Source of the DNA: Octopus sinensis
Lineage: Eukaryota
DNA length: 64,000 bases
Reading direction: 5' to 3'
Assembly: GCF_006345805.1 (NCBI RefSeq)
Contig: NC_043010.1
Location: 25,172,001 to 25,236,000 of the forward strand
Below, piece by piece: positions 11,595-24,112 of the stretch (its first letter is position 1; the number at the start of each line of letters is the position of its first letter). The notes below the pieces were generated by a model that was given only the letters and a program-made list of their open reading frames with translations, was not told where the DNA came from and did no database searches. The position numbers and the translations under genes are program-made.

Positions 11595-14255
11595 ATATAT
11601 TGTATAAAGGATCGTGGGTAAGACCAAAACAATGTGAAGTAAATGCAAGATAAATCACAAGAAAACAAATATGTGAATTAATGTAGACTTGCCTTGTATT
11701 CAGTATATCGGGGTTATGACCCTATTTTCAAGAAACTGAGGAATGTTGCCGGGGGGGGATGAGGGAGTTTAAACCCCCTCTCCCCCCACCCAACATCATC
11801 TTCGCCTTCATCATCATCGCTGCCAATATCCTCACTGTTGACATCATCACCGATATTACCCTCACCATCATCTACATCTTCTCCATCTCCATCTTTACCA
11901 TCTTCATCAGCATCACTGTCATCATCTACCCCTTTACTTCTACCTCCTACCTCTTCCCCCTCCACCACCCCAACATCTTTCTCATCATCATCTTCACCAT
12001 CTTCATCATCATCATCTCTTTCTTCTTCTACCTCCTCCTCTGCCACAGTTAGATTCCCTGCCTACCACCTCGATAACCCACTCCAGCTTCCCCCTCACAA
12101 CACCAAACTAGCTAAATTCAAAAAATCTAAACTTAACATATTAGATAAACGCCCTTCCCCATCATGCAACCTTACTAAATCCCAATTCCTGACCTCGCAA
12201 AATCTAAGAAACAAAAACCTCATCTACTTACCTTCAGACAAAGGGGAAGAACTCTGCATTATAGACAAACCCACCTAGACACCTAGGTTATACACAACTA
12301 GCTATCGAATGCCTCAGTTACACTACACTATACAAAAAGGTTTACAATATCACACCTCACCAACTAGAGTCCACCATCAACACCAGCTGGACCGACATAT
12401 GTCACCAAAGGAATCTCTCTAAGAAGACTAGACTGAATTACACATCTAAAAACACCACCCTTCCATCCTTCTACCATTTAATAAAAACCTACAAACTTGG
12501 ACCTAAGCTTAAAATCAGGCCCATAGTATCAGGAATTAATGGTCCTTTCTATAAGATTTTTTGGCTCTTCTCTAAACTCCTCAAGCCCTTACTACACACA
12601 TACCCCGGACATGTCAGCAGCTTCCATGAAATCTTCACAAGACTCAAAGATATTGACCCATCCGTGCTTAAAACTAACACATACCCTTTTAGTTTAGACG
12701 TAGTTTCCCTCTACACCTCTGTACTCACTCTCCCAGCCGTTGATATTCTCATAGACTACATCATGCCCTTATCTCACCCCACATCTCCTTGCCCGCCACT
12801 TCCCTTCTCATCTCTCCCTCCCTACCCTGCAACCTCCTCCTCCCTATCTTCCCCTTCATCTTCTCCTATCTCCCCATCCATCAACCTCCAGCTCTTCAGC
12901 CTCACACCTTTGGTCATACAAGAGTTACTAACCATTATAGTTGGTAACACCTACATTCAATATAATGGTGTGATTTCCAAACAGACTTCCAGCCTACCTA
13001 TGGGATCTAGCCTTTCAGGCCTGCTGGCCATTATGTACATGGATAAGCTAGAATGCAAAGCACTCAACACCTGCCACTCATGCATCTTCTTCAGGTACGT
13101 TGATGACATCCTTATCATCACATCCTCCTGAGATGAGGCCATTAACATATACTGGACCTTCAATAACACCAACATAAACATCAAATTCGGGATTGAACAG
13201 CCAGATGAATCCAAAACCCTTTCTCTACTCAACTTCCAACTCAATATCACAGAGGAAGGCTCCATATAAATATAAATTCTATAGAAAAGCCACTAATAGA
13301 AAAATTTTTGTCCACTACTAATCAGCCTTACCCACCAGAGCCAAAACCGCATACATGAAAAATGAGATTGCATGCATAAAAAACAATTGCAGCAACGTGA
13401 CCAACAAAGCTTTCAACACCAAACAGTTCCTCAGAGACCTAACCCTGAATGGCTACCCACCATCTTTAGCTAAACAATGGTGCCTGAAGAACATCAAGGT
13501 CAATAAACCCCGGAAGAACCATCATACTACTAAGTCTGGCATGTGCTTCCTAAAGCTACCACAATTTGATGACAGAACTACTGCAGCGATACAACATGCA
13601 GTCTGCAGGGAAGGACTTGACATACAGATAGTGCACACCGGCCCTTCCCTGAGAAAAGCTCTGTTCAAGAACAACACCTCTCACTACTTTGAAGAGTGCA
13701 CATTGTCGAACTGCTCCATCAATGACCATGAATTGTGCCAGAGGACCTATGATGTATATGAGATCATCTGTGGAAAATGTGGCACATCCTACATCGGAAG
13801 CACGACAAGAAAACTGCATATATGCAATAAGGAATGCATGCAGGCAGACACTTCTGTGAAGAAACATCTACGGAAATGCCAGACCAAAGAATTCATAGTG
13901 CACATCAAGGCAACACAGTAGAACAGGGGCAACCTTAGGATCTCTGAGGCCATCCTCATACACCAAAAGAAACCTAAGATCAACAATAGAAGGGAGTTAC
14001 AGGAAGCTAGCTGGTTGTTATAGCAACACCCTTCTGCACATGTCCACTCCACACATGCTCACACACACACACACACACACACACACCACACACACACACA
14101 TCAGCAGCATTCCTTAATTTTTGAAAATGGGGTCATAACCCCAAAATATTGAATACAAGGTAAGTCTACATTAATTCACATATTTGTTTTCTTTTGATTT
14201 ACCTTGCATTTACTTCACATTGTTTTGGCCTTACCCATGATCCTTTATACAATAA
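11595..14255 (+). mobile_element. Penelope-like element (degenerate RT plus GIY-YIG ORF) flanked by about 160-bp inverted repeats
   Basis: LPSDKG, IRPIVS, SLDVVSLYT, LPMGSSLS, FRYVDD and VYEIICGKCGTSYIGSTTR across ORFs at 11838, 12664 and 13355. 11595-11755 is the reverse complement of 14100-14255. Confidence 0.9.
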
Positions 14256-14601
14256 AAAGAGAGAGAGAAGATAAGAAATGGAGCAATAATTAACAATGAG
14301 AAGTGGACCATTGGTGTTAAAAGGTCACTGTTTAATTGTAGTTTGGAACCATTTACAGCTGTTTCTGTTTATCAAATTGGAGTAAATTTACATTTACCTT
14401 GTTACATTTAATAAACACCTTCAGAATGATTAGAAGGAAAAGAAAGGCAAAGAAAAAGAAAATGAAAAAGTTTATGGTTTTAGGCTTACATTTTAGTGAC
14501 TTGTATAGTTCCACATACATATATACACACACATATGTGTGTGTGTGTGTGTATATATAAATATATATATATACTTTATTTAAAAGCAGCAGAAATATAA
14601 C

Positions 14602-14648
14602 AAAAGCTGTTACTCAGAGTTTCACATTCCTGTTTGTCAGACAGTTTT
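14602..14648 (-). ncRNA. Minimal type I hammerhead motif with G8 mutated to A
   Basis: Minus strand: aaaactgt CTGACAA aca-ggaa-tgt GAAA ctctgagta acagctttt; same family as 11083 and 11426. Confidence 0.7.
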
Positions 14649-14654
14649 ATATAC

Positions 14655-15042
14655 TACTAGCAGTATCGCCCGGCGTTGCTCAGGTTTGTAAGGGAAATAA
14701 CTATAAAGCATTTTTAGAGAGTTATAGCCAAAAAATAGCAAAAAAATGGAAAAAAATGATGGTAAATTTTTTTTTGAGATTTAAAAAAGGTGGAGTTGCG
14801 TCCCCTAGACAGTTTGTGGTTCGTGTTTCTGATTCTCGACCCCATGTCGAATTTATCAATTTTTTTCAGAACTGGGGGAACTTTTCAAAATTTTCACAGC
14901 GTTAGTTTTGAATTATGACATTGGGCTATGTGTGTGTCAAGTTTCATCAGAATCGGTTGAAAGCCGTGGTCAGGGTGAGGGTACAAGCAAACAGACACAC
15001 AGAAACACGCACAGACAAACTGCCGTTTATATATAGAGAGAT
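14655..15042 (+). mobile_element. Non-autonomous Helitron-like (Lep1/HINE-type) element
   Basis: Begins TACTAGCAG with subterminal hairpin cccggcgttgctcagg and ends ...ccgtttatatatagagagat, the end architecture of Lep1-like elements. Confidence 0.55.
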
Positions 15043-15657
15043 AATGGAGAAAGCTGCTTATTAATTAGGTATGTAACAATTGCTAAAAGTACTAAAAGAA
15101 AGCAATTATTAAAGGGTTGACCATCTAGAAATATTTTCATAAATTCATGTTCTAAGAAATTTCCTATAATTTTGATTTCTCAAGTTTATTGAATTTTTTA
15201 AACTCCAATTTCTCGCAAATTTAAATATTTACTGCGTTCAATTCATCACAAATTTAAATATTCATTGCATTCACTGTGGAGTATTCCATCTTATTTGCAA
15301 AGTCTTTCACTTTCTCTTTTAAGCTTTAATTTGTTATTAATGTATATGTAATGTAAAAACATTATTTATTGAATAACATTTTTTTTAAATACTCGAATAA
15401 TTTTTGAATGCAGGATAGGTGTGAGTAGAGCCCCAGAAAGTTGGGTGATTACTATTAGAAGATGAGGAGAAACAAAAAAAAGTTACCAACAAGTACTCGA
15501 AACTTGCACCTTATTCAAAGTTTCCAAACACAACTTCAATAGTGGCACACACACACCAATATGCACTTGCACACACACACATATAGATACACAAACACAC
15601 AAATGAAAGGCAATGAATGTGTGTGCGTGCATGCATGCGTACATGCATGCGTGTGTG

Positions 15658-16505
15658 CTGTTCACTGTCAAAACTTCGTGCTGCATCACTTTTGCTAAGT
15701 TTTGTCAGTGAACAGATGGTAGTTTCAAAGTGACAAAAATATTTTGACACAAATGAAGTTTTAATGTTAGTTAGTTAGTTAATTTTTTGGCTCAAATAGC
15801 AAAAGGCAAGGCCATGTAGGGGGACATGGAGTTATGTACAGGGTGGTGTTCACGTAAAGAGTTCAGGCCACTTGTGGTCAAGGGAGACTTTGAACCGAGC
15901 GGTCGTCGGCATCTTCACCATCTCGTCTGGCAGCTTATTCCACGAATCCACAACCCAGACGAAGAAAGCCCCTCTCCTTCGATTGAGATGAAATCGTCGC
16001 AGATAGAGCTTTTCGGAGTGACCCCGCAGCCAACGCTCTGGAGCAGGAGTGAAGAACAGCTCTTTCGAGAGGTTACACTTTCCGCTTATGATGTTGTGAG
16101 CAAGAATGAGATCACCACGGCGTCGTCGTTTTTCTAGAGAATAATGGTCGAGTGTCTTCAGCCTTTCTTCATAAGACAAATTCTTGAGACCAAGAACCAT
16201 GCGGGTAGCCAGCTTCTGGACTCTTTCGAGATGCTGTATGTCTTTGAGGAGATAAGGAGAAGAGGCTTGAATCCCATACTCCAATATAGGTCTCACCAGC
16301 GTGACATAGAGTGGTAGGAATATGGCTGCTGTGAGCATTCCGAATGACCGTCGAATCAAGAACAGAACTCCGCATGCTTTGTTGGCAGCATGGATGCACT
16401 GGGCCAAACTAACGGTATTTGTGTGTTCTTAAATGGTTTACAAACATCTTTCACATTGCAATTGTTTTTGTTTCAGCACACAATCTAAGATCAAGTCACT
16501 TGCTA
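15658..16505 (+). mobile_element. PLE terminal-repeat fragment (same family as 44727-44915) interrupted by a CR1 copy
   Basis: 15697-15765 and 16406-16505 align with consecutive parts of 44750-44915; short inverted piece at 15658-15690. Confidence 0.75.
15766..16405 (-). mobile_element. 5'-truncated CR1-clade LINE, second copy
   Basis: ORF 15850-16407 is nearly identical to the C-terminus of the 2718-4292 copy; (GTTA)n tail on the + strand at 15766. Confidence 0.92.
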
Positions 16506-17353
16506 TGCAAGTACATCTCTGTAATTTTTTAAATCACTGTAGCAATGACCATCTCAGGCTCTCCAATATTTTAATCTCTAAATAGAAACAATCGGGGGCA
16601 GGGATTGAGGTTGCAAAAAATTCATAATTTCTCAAATTTTCTTTTTTATAGCATATAAATGTATTTATGGGGGAAAATATTGAAAAACATTAATACATGC
16701 GAGAGTGTTAAAGAAACGAGGAGAGTTGCTTTGGATGTGCTAGAAACAACAGCCAAATCGTCCTTAAATCACTTTTCCCTCTGAAAATATTAACAATTAA
16801 AAAAAACTTTTTGTACAGAAAATGCTCTTCCCATGGTTATGAAATGAAAAAAAAATATTAGCCAAAATAGGTCCAAAGTAGGATGATGAGGGAGGGGGAT
16901 GTAAAAAAGAGTGTTTTCAAGACTTTTTCATACAAAGATGCACCCCCAACCCCATCCTTTTAAAGGCTGTGGTTTTAAAAAATGAGGAAAATTCATGAAA
17001 AAAATTTTCCCCACAGATTTCTTTATAACCGTAATCTATGCCATTTGAAAGTGATTTGCATAAATTTTCTTTAAAAGATACCCATCTTCCTGAAATTTAT
17101 GAGAGGAAAAATGTCAGATTGTCTGAATTTTCTGAAACTCCTCTCTTCACCCTCTCACAAAAATTCTTTCCCATAAATCCCTATATACTCTGAAGCCACA
17201 TCTAAGTGGTATTTGTAGAAAATATTTTTAAAAAGTATTCATTTTTCTGGATGTTATGAGGCAACAAAGTTGGGGGCATATACATCTGTAGTGATGCCCT
17301 TTTATTTATATGATTTTTTTCCTTTGTTGTTTATTTCAGCCATTGTTTGCAAT

Positions 17354-17457
<104 letters not shown>

Positions 17458-17759
17458 TGCAAAGTTTACGGGGACTGCTGAATTGAAATCTCTATGTTGC
17501 TTTGAGGAGAAGGTAAAACTTGACAAACTGCATCTCCCTGTGTTGTTGGATTTCGTGATGTTTATTTAAAAAAGAGAGATTATGACAGTGATAAAATAAT
17601 GAAAGCAATATTTACTAAGCAAGTGAGCACTATTACACAAAGAAATAATTAGACATAAAATAGAAAAATTATTACAAATGGGAATCAAATGTGAAAATAT
17701 TATCAAGGGACTAGCAGAAAACTGCCCGGAGAGCAGTTTTTCTGATAGTTTATATAATA

Positions 17760-17878
<119 letters not shown>

Positions 17879-17958
17879 ATAAAACGGTAAGATAACAAAA
17901 GAAAGAAAGAGACCTCAATATTATGTAAATAGAGGAAATTTATCTATACAATATGTTA

Positions 17959-18160
17959 CATTACTCGGTAGTCAAGATAAAACTCTGAGTTTCAGATGCC
18001 GAAGTGGAAATCCACAACACCATCTCTTCGGTTATCTGGCTATTTGAAAACGTTATTTTTTCATAACGTTTTCAAATAGCCAGATAACCGAAGAGATGGT
18101 GTTGTGGATTTCCACTTCGGCATCTGAAACTCAGAGTTTTATCTTGACTACCGAGTAATG
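17959..18160. repeat. Perfect inverted repeat with 98-bp arms and a 6-nt loop
   Basis: 17959-18056 is the exact reverse complement of 18063-18160 (checked base by base); loop tttttc. Confidence 0.97.
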
Positions 18161-18184
18161 GTAACATATTATATATATATATAT

Positions 18185-18550
18185 ATATATGCGTGCACAC
18201 AAGCTTTAGGTTAGCTGAAAATCTATCTATCTATGTATCTATATCTCAATCTTTGTGTTTATATATATTTATAGTTGAAATTTACAGAAAAACAAAAGAC
18301 AAAGACAGGTGTATAAACAACAAGCCGGTGTATTAGTTTGACGCCCGGAAAGGTGAGAAAGTCTTTTATGTTTTGAGCCTTACATTCTTCAACAGAAAGG
18401 ACCACAAGGAAATAAACAGAGAGAGAATAAAAACTACTTGTGGATTTAGCGGTCAATCATGGTGACTGGTTAAATAAGGGTAGTTGGACAGGAGATAGAT
18501 AGATAGATAGATTTTCAACTAACCTTAAAGCTCACGCGAATGCATGTATA
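18185..18550. mobile_element. MITE-like unit with about 45-bp imperfect terminal inverted repeats in (TA)n flanks
   Basis: aagctttaggttagctgaaaatctatctatctat versus atagatagatagattttcaactaaccttaaagct. Confidence 0.55.
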
Positions 18551-19446
18551 TATATATTATATATACTAGAAGAAAGAATGCCCTCCAGGTGGTTTCCTGC
18601 TAGCCCCTTGATAATACATTTATATAATGACTTTATGTGCAACATTTTATGGTTATTAGTCAATGTAACATCAGGTACCCATTTCTATTCCCACTCAGTG
18701 GCACACACCAACATTGTCTCCTTTCTATTCATTTTTATATCCTTCTCCTCTCCATCTCTGTTTCTATCTACCTCCCTCTCCTTTCTACTTTTCATTTCTT
18801 TCTCTGTCCATCTTTGTCAACTACCTACTGTCTATCGTTTTCTTTTCTTTCTCTGCAGTTCTTCTTTCTTTGTACTTGCTCTTCTCAAACCTTCTCTGCT
18901 CCTTTCAGTTGTCTCTTTCCCTTCACTTTTTGGTGCCACATGATCATCTAAATTATTTATTACCCATTCTTTTTCTACTTGACCAGTACCTACCTAGCAT
19001 TCACTTTAGACCCTCGGTTTGTTTTATCTTTTCACTTTTCATTCTATCTTCTTTTCCTTCTGTCTTTATTCCCTTCAATCTCGTCTTTGTATCCTTCACC
19101 TGATCCCTCTCATCATACCTATGGAACACAAGCACCACAATTTTTCTTTCTTTTTTCTTCATTTTTCATATAGTGTCCCACATTTTGAAATATTTGCAAT
19201 TTGTATTTTCATTGTTTACATTTGCTTTGCTTGGTATGTCTCCGAAATTAAACATGACAATATACAAAATATACTTTACATTATTACACATACTATATGT
19301 TACTTGTTTAATTCAAATCAGGCATACCCATACTGCTTTTAGTTGGTTTTGTTTTGTTTTGTTTTTGTTTTTTAAGTGTAATGAATTTTAAAGCTGTTAA
19401 ATTAAAAAAATTTCAATCTTTCTCTCCGATAACTATGTTGAATACT

Positions 19447-19800
19447 CTTTACTCTTTTACTTTTTTACTTGTTTCAGTCATTTGACTGCGGCCATGCTGG
19501 AGCACCACCTTTAATCGAGCAACTCGACCCCGGGACTTATTCTTTTGTAAGCCCAGTACTTATTCTATCGGTCTTTTTTGCCTAACCGCTAAGTAACGGG
19601 GACATAAACACACCAGCATCAGTTGTCAAGCAATGCTAGGGGGACAAACATATATATATATATATATATATACATATATACGACAGGCTTCTTTTCAGTT
19701 CCCGTCAACCAAATCCACTCACAAGGCTTTGGTCGGCCCGAGGCTATAGTAGAAGACACTTGCCCAAGGTGCCATGAACCCGGAACCATGTGGTTGGTAA
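19447..19800 (-). mobile_element. tRNA-derived SINE, family A
   Basis: Near-identical to 6733-7135; head truncated. Confidence 0.9.
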
Positions 19801-19949
19801 ACACGTTAGTTTAAATAAATTAATAAAAAATAATTAAGACAAACCCTGCTTTTCAAATATGAAATTGTTAATCTGCTTGTAACTTTTTGACATTTTCCCT
19901 TTATTTTCATCTGTGTGTACTATGTCAAAACTACGAGGAGTAAAAGTGC

Positions 19950-20440
19950 GGAAAATTTCAGACTTCTTCAGCAGTGTGTCATTTCAAGAGAATGTGGGAT
20001 CATTGGAGGTTGCAGAGATGTAATTCAGTGAACAAATTAATGATAAACCTCTTCCAACATGTCAAAAGTGCCATCGAAATTTTGCATGTCACAAAAACAA
20101 TTTGTGCTTAGAAAGACATTCAACTCTTCCAAGGATGCAAAGAAATGCACATGTGACCCAGACTGGTTGAAGGATGCCCCATGGCTTCATTACAATATTC
20201 AGCATGATGCTGTTATCTGCTGGCTTTGAACTGGTTAATCACCCTCTCTATTTTAGTGATTTGGCTCCACCTACCTATCATTTGTTTCTCAGCGGATATA
20301 TATATATAAACACTTGGCAGGGAACCAGTATTGCGATGATGACAATGTTTTATCTGCTGTTTAAGACTATTTTGACGAACAGGATAGCTTCTTCATCAAA
20401 GCAATTCAAGCACTGCAACACCGATAAAAGAAGTGTATGG
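19950..20440 (+). mobile_element. Mariner transposase relic
   Basis: YFSDLAPPTYHLFLS resembles the mariner YSPDLAPSDYHLF motif. Confidence 0.65.
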
Positions 20441-21539
20441 AGGATCTTTTCTGTTTGGTCTTCACTTTTGATTCCTTCAATTTTGTTCCAATTGATTTCA
20501 CATTTGGTGTATTGATGAAATTTTGCATGCTAATTATAGCTTAAAATAGAAAGTCATAGCTTAAAATAGAAAGTTAATAGCTTTTAAAGTCTGCAAATTT
20601 GGGGCAATTTTAGCCAATTGAAAGCTAAACAGCAGCTTGATCATTACATGAATTGCACTACAGTTTGTTTTTTCATCATTTAACATTCTCACTACAAAAG
20701 ATTTATTGTTCACTTGAACTAAACTGCCATATGTTTTTTCATAAATTCACGTTCTGATACTTTTCACATTACATGCTTGTTCCAACAGTTCACATAACTT
20801 TATTCATTAAAACTTAATTAAAACTTCCATTGTTGAATGTTTTGTTGTTGCAATGTTGTCATTAGTCATTGTAATATTGTCATCTCTCACAAAATGCCAA
20901 CTTTCAAACCCTGTTTTCTGATAGGGTAAAAATCAAACATTAAACCTCTGTAACATTTTTCTAAAATTTTTCTGGAACAAGTGAATAGCAACATCAGATT
21001 CCGCATGAAAAATTACACCAATATACCAAATTTTAAAATTTTCACTTAATTTTAAAATTTCAAAAAGTGAAGTCAAGCAACAAATATAAGGGGGACTATA
21101 TTAAAAAATGAACTTCATTTGGTCACATCCCTGGTCAGCCTATGAACTTTTCAACCGACCCTCATAATAATAAAAAATTATTATTGTACCTGTGTTTATT
21201 TTGATATTAAGATTGAAAAAAAAATCACCTTGTTTGTAAAAAAATTTGAACCCTTAAGCAAATTTTGTTCCACCAGTACTGAATAATATCTCATTTATAC
21301 TGAACAGACAAACTGTCTGCAAGCTTGAGTTCAAGTTATGTTTGAATTTTGTATACCTTTATCGCGATAAGTTCTGTGTTGTTATAGAGAACCTTATTGA
21401 TGAGGGCACAAAAATCCATTAATGATAGGTATGTAGTGGTACTCAGAATTATAAGCCCTGTCGATTCAGTAACAAGTAAAGGTCATAGCATATTGAGTTG
21501 CCATAGTTGGCAGTGACTGTCGTTATCAGGTAATCATGG

Positions 21540-21900
21540 CTTATATTTCAGCCAATCATTGTTCCGGTGCATCTGTGTGGTGGCAAACTTAATGGAAAAT
21601 TCCTAGCAGTTTCTCACTAAATCATGGTTATATATATTGAGATGTGCAGAAAATAAAACACAGAGGACTCATAGAGGCTTTCTTGGTTACCCAGTATCTA
21701 TGCCATTCTGATAAGCATAAACACATAACATTTTCTCCTTTCTCCAAGCATGCATTCCCACACACTATCCACTGATTTTCAGCATAACACCTTTTTGTAA
21801 AGTAACAACTTTAACATCAGTCTGTAAATAAACATGTTAATAAAATCTAAATATTGTGATTGAGCAATCCAAATAATCCAGTTTCCAGCAACCAACCCTA
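21540..21900. repeat. Unclassified old repeat, with copies at 35470-35810 and 36760-36970
   Basis: Shared anchors tatatttcagccaatcattgttc, ccaagcatgcatt, gtaaagtaac and ctgtaaataaacatg. Confidence 0.65.
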
Positions 21901-22849
21901 CAGGTATGCTGGAAGTGCTAAATTAAAGAACCAGGCTTCAGCATCTAACAGAAAGAACAGATTGTTTCCATCCAGCGTCATCAATTTTCTCAGCATTATG
22001 CTGGATAGAATTTTCAAGTTTGGTGTGACAAAGTGTTTATTTGGAGCATTTCAAAGATTAATCAAAAGTTTTGTTGTGGCAAAGTAGTTCTTCAAGGGGA
22101 AGAAGGCCGGATGTTCACCGCTCAAATGCAGTCTGCTTGTGAATGTTTCAAGTGTTGGATTTGAAGCAAATCACTTTCTGGATTCTTCTTAGCCAGGATT
22201 CGAAACTCAGTCTAGATTTTTCTTTAAGTCCTTTTCTATTGTACTTGGCATTTGCACTAAGAAAATTTATGAGAGTCAACTGTCATATTTAGGTAAGCCC
22301 TACTATTTTCTGAAGATTCTTAGATTAAATATAGTTAAGACCAGATAACAGACAAAAAGTCCCTAGTTTAGCCTGACCCAATTTAAGTAGGAAAATATTA
22401 GAAATACAAGAACCCAAACTCAATTCTTCCTCTTTAGCCTGGCGGAAGAAGCACCTTTTATATGTTACCAAAGGAATATACAACTTTCACCCTTTCAACT
22501 CATCAACCCAGAGAGGTAAATTCTCTTGCTCTTTCTCTCTCCTTCAGAAGAATGTTTCTAGCAGTCACAGCTACTTAAGAAATCAACAACAAAACTTTAA
22601 CTAATCTTTGTATTCGAAGAAGTTGCTTCTTATATTGTAAACAGTAAAATAAAGGTCATTTCAACTATTATATTTCTCATGCCACTTATTCCATGGAAGT
22701 CTTCAAACCATAACCATTACTCACTTGGTGACACTTGAGAATCGAACTCTAATCCGTCTATATCTTGACCGAGACACAACATATCAACGAACAACTATAT
22801 ATGACCGCTACATATTCGTTCGATTTGACAGCATGTCAAAGAATCAGTG

Positions 22850-23420
22850 GACCAAGGATGATGAGTCACCTATATCCGGTGAAGTATCGATTGTATGTTG
22901 CTGACGGTGGTGTCAAAACTGTTTGTGTTATATTTGTATGAGTTGATCTCAAATCCAGATCTCTACAAGGCAGAAACTGCTAAAGAGAGGTCATAGCAGA
23001 TAGCATCTGCAGGTTCGATTATTAGCGCATCATCTAAGTACCAGATTTAATGATGTGTGCAATGTCTTCAACACTAAGTGCAAAGAAAAGAGCCCTGAGG
23101 ATCGCCCTGTTGGATGTCAGTGGATGATGATAGAATAATATCAGCGATATGGAGCATGTTTGGTGCCTCATAAAATTAACAGGTCAATGGGTTGATGGTC
23201 AAGACTACACTAAAGTAGTAAAACTTCCAATGTGACCTTGATCCAAGCAATTGAAAGCATTACTCACATCAAGCTTCACAGTAAGATGTTGGGAGTTTGT
23301 TGATTGGGCTTTGATAGCATTCAATGAATTGTCTAGCACTGATTTTTTCACCCAATCGACAGACGACAAATTTAGAAATATATTTCGCAAAGGGCCCTCA
23401 AAAGATGTTGTCCACATTTA
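22850..23420 (-). mobile_element. Decayed CRE/R2-like (restriction-like endonuclease clade) non-LTR RT relic
   Basis: Minus-strand motifs in order: VKLDVSNAFN (about 23245-23278), IQQGDP (about 23100), WYLDD (about 23030-23043). Confidence 0.7.
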
Positions 23421-23924
23421 TAGGACAAATGTCACTCTCCTTCTTCTTCTAAGTAGTCAAACTAGCCGGAAAGAAGAGCAGAAAGACTACAAGCATGGAG
23501 TTGAAACCACTGCAAATAATAAGTTGGTGAGACATTATCGCCCTCAATAGACTATGATCAGTCTCTGCCTCATGGAATGACAAAGAGAGCAGGACAAAGC
23601 CCTTCAAAACCTCTACTAATCCTTACAGGGTAGGGAAGGGTATTTAGTGGGGAGGGAATGAGTCTGAACTTTGCAGATGAATTAGGATGCTTGAACCTGA
23701 GAAGTGGTCTATATTTCCTTGCTGGGATAAATTTCCAAGTTGTCCAATGAAATTACCCTTCCAGCTGTGCCTTTGATGAGACTTAAGTTTAAGCAATCAT
23801 GTGAAGGTTCTGAATTACCAGGTGCCCTCTATGAGATCATTCAACGACCTGCTAGAAATAGAAGCCAAATCACCTTCATATTATACCTTACTGTTTTAAG
23901 AAAGAAAGAACATATATAATAATT

Positions 23925-24112
23925 ATTTCAAATTTTTGCCACCAGGGCAGCTTGGGAGAGGTGAGGATGAGTCGATCACATAGACCCGTGTTCAACTGGT
24001 ACTTATTTTATCGAACGACAAAGTCGACCTCGACGTTATTTGAACTCAGAACGTAACAACGGACGAAATACCGCTCAGCAATTCACTCGGCGTGCTAAAG
24101 ATTGTGCGAGCT
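23925..24112 (-). mobile_element. tRNA-derived SINE, family B
   Basis: caaagtcgacctcg...tttgaactcagaacgtaa signature; related copies at 24290-24420, 24520-24705, 29634-29840 (+) and 31255-31375. Confidence 0.8.

Noticed and set aside
11700-11745. Hammerhead in the 11595/14255 inverted repeats (gggg-tcataa-cccc stem followed by a GAAA-like sequence)
   Set aside because: Neither copy has a valid core, and no stem III could be built.
11714-12046. Acidic Asp/Glu-rich minus-strand ORF
   Set aside because: Antisense shadow of the Ser-rich PLE region.
18340-18390. Hammerhead-like ctgttga...aaaac on the minus strand
   Set aside because: Core, stem II and GAAA are all broken in this copy.
22148-22256. 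Minus-strand exon of a divergent gene (possibly spliced from 25088-25048), or an SDHAF1-like peptide
   Set aside because: Phase match is a 1-in-3 chance and no homology was recognised. The SDHAF1-like string needs a frameshift, and the region adjoins an old repeat.
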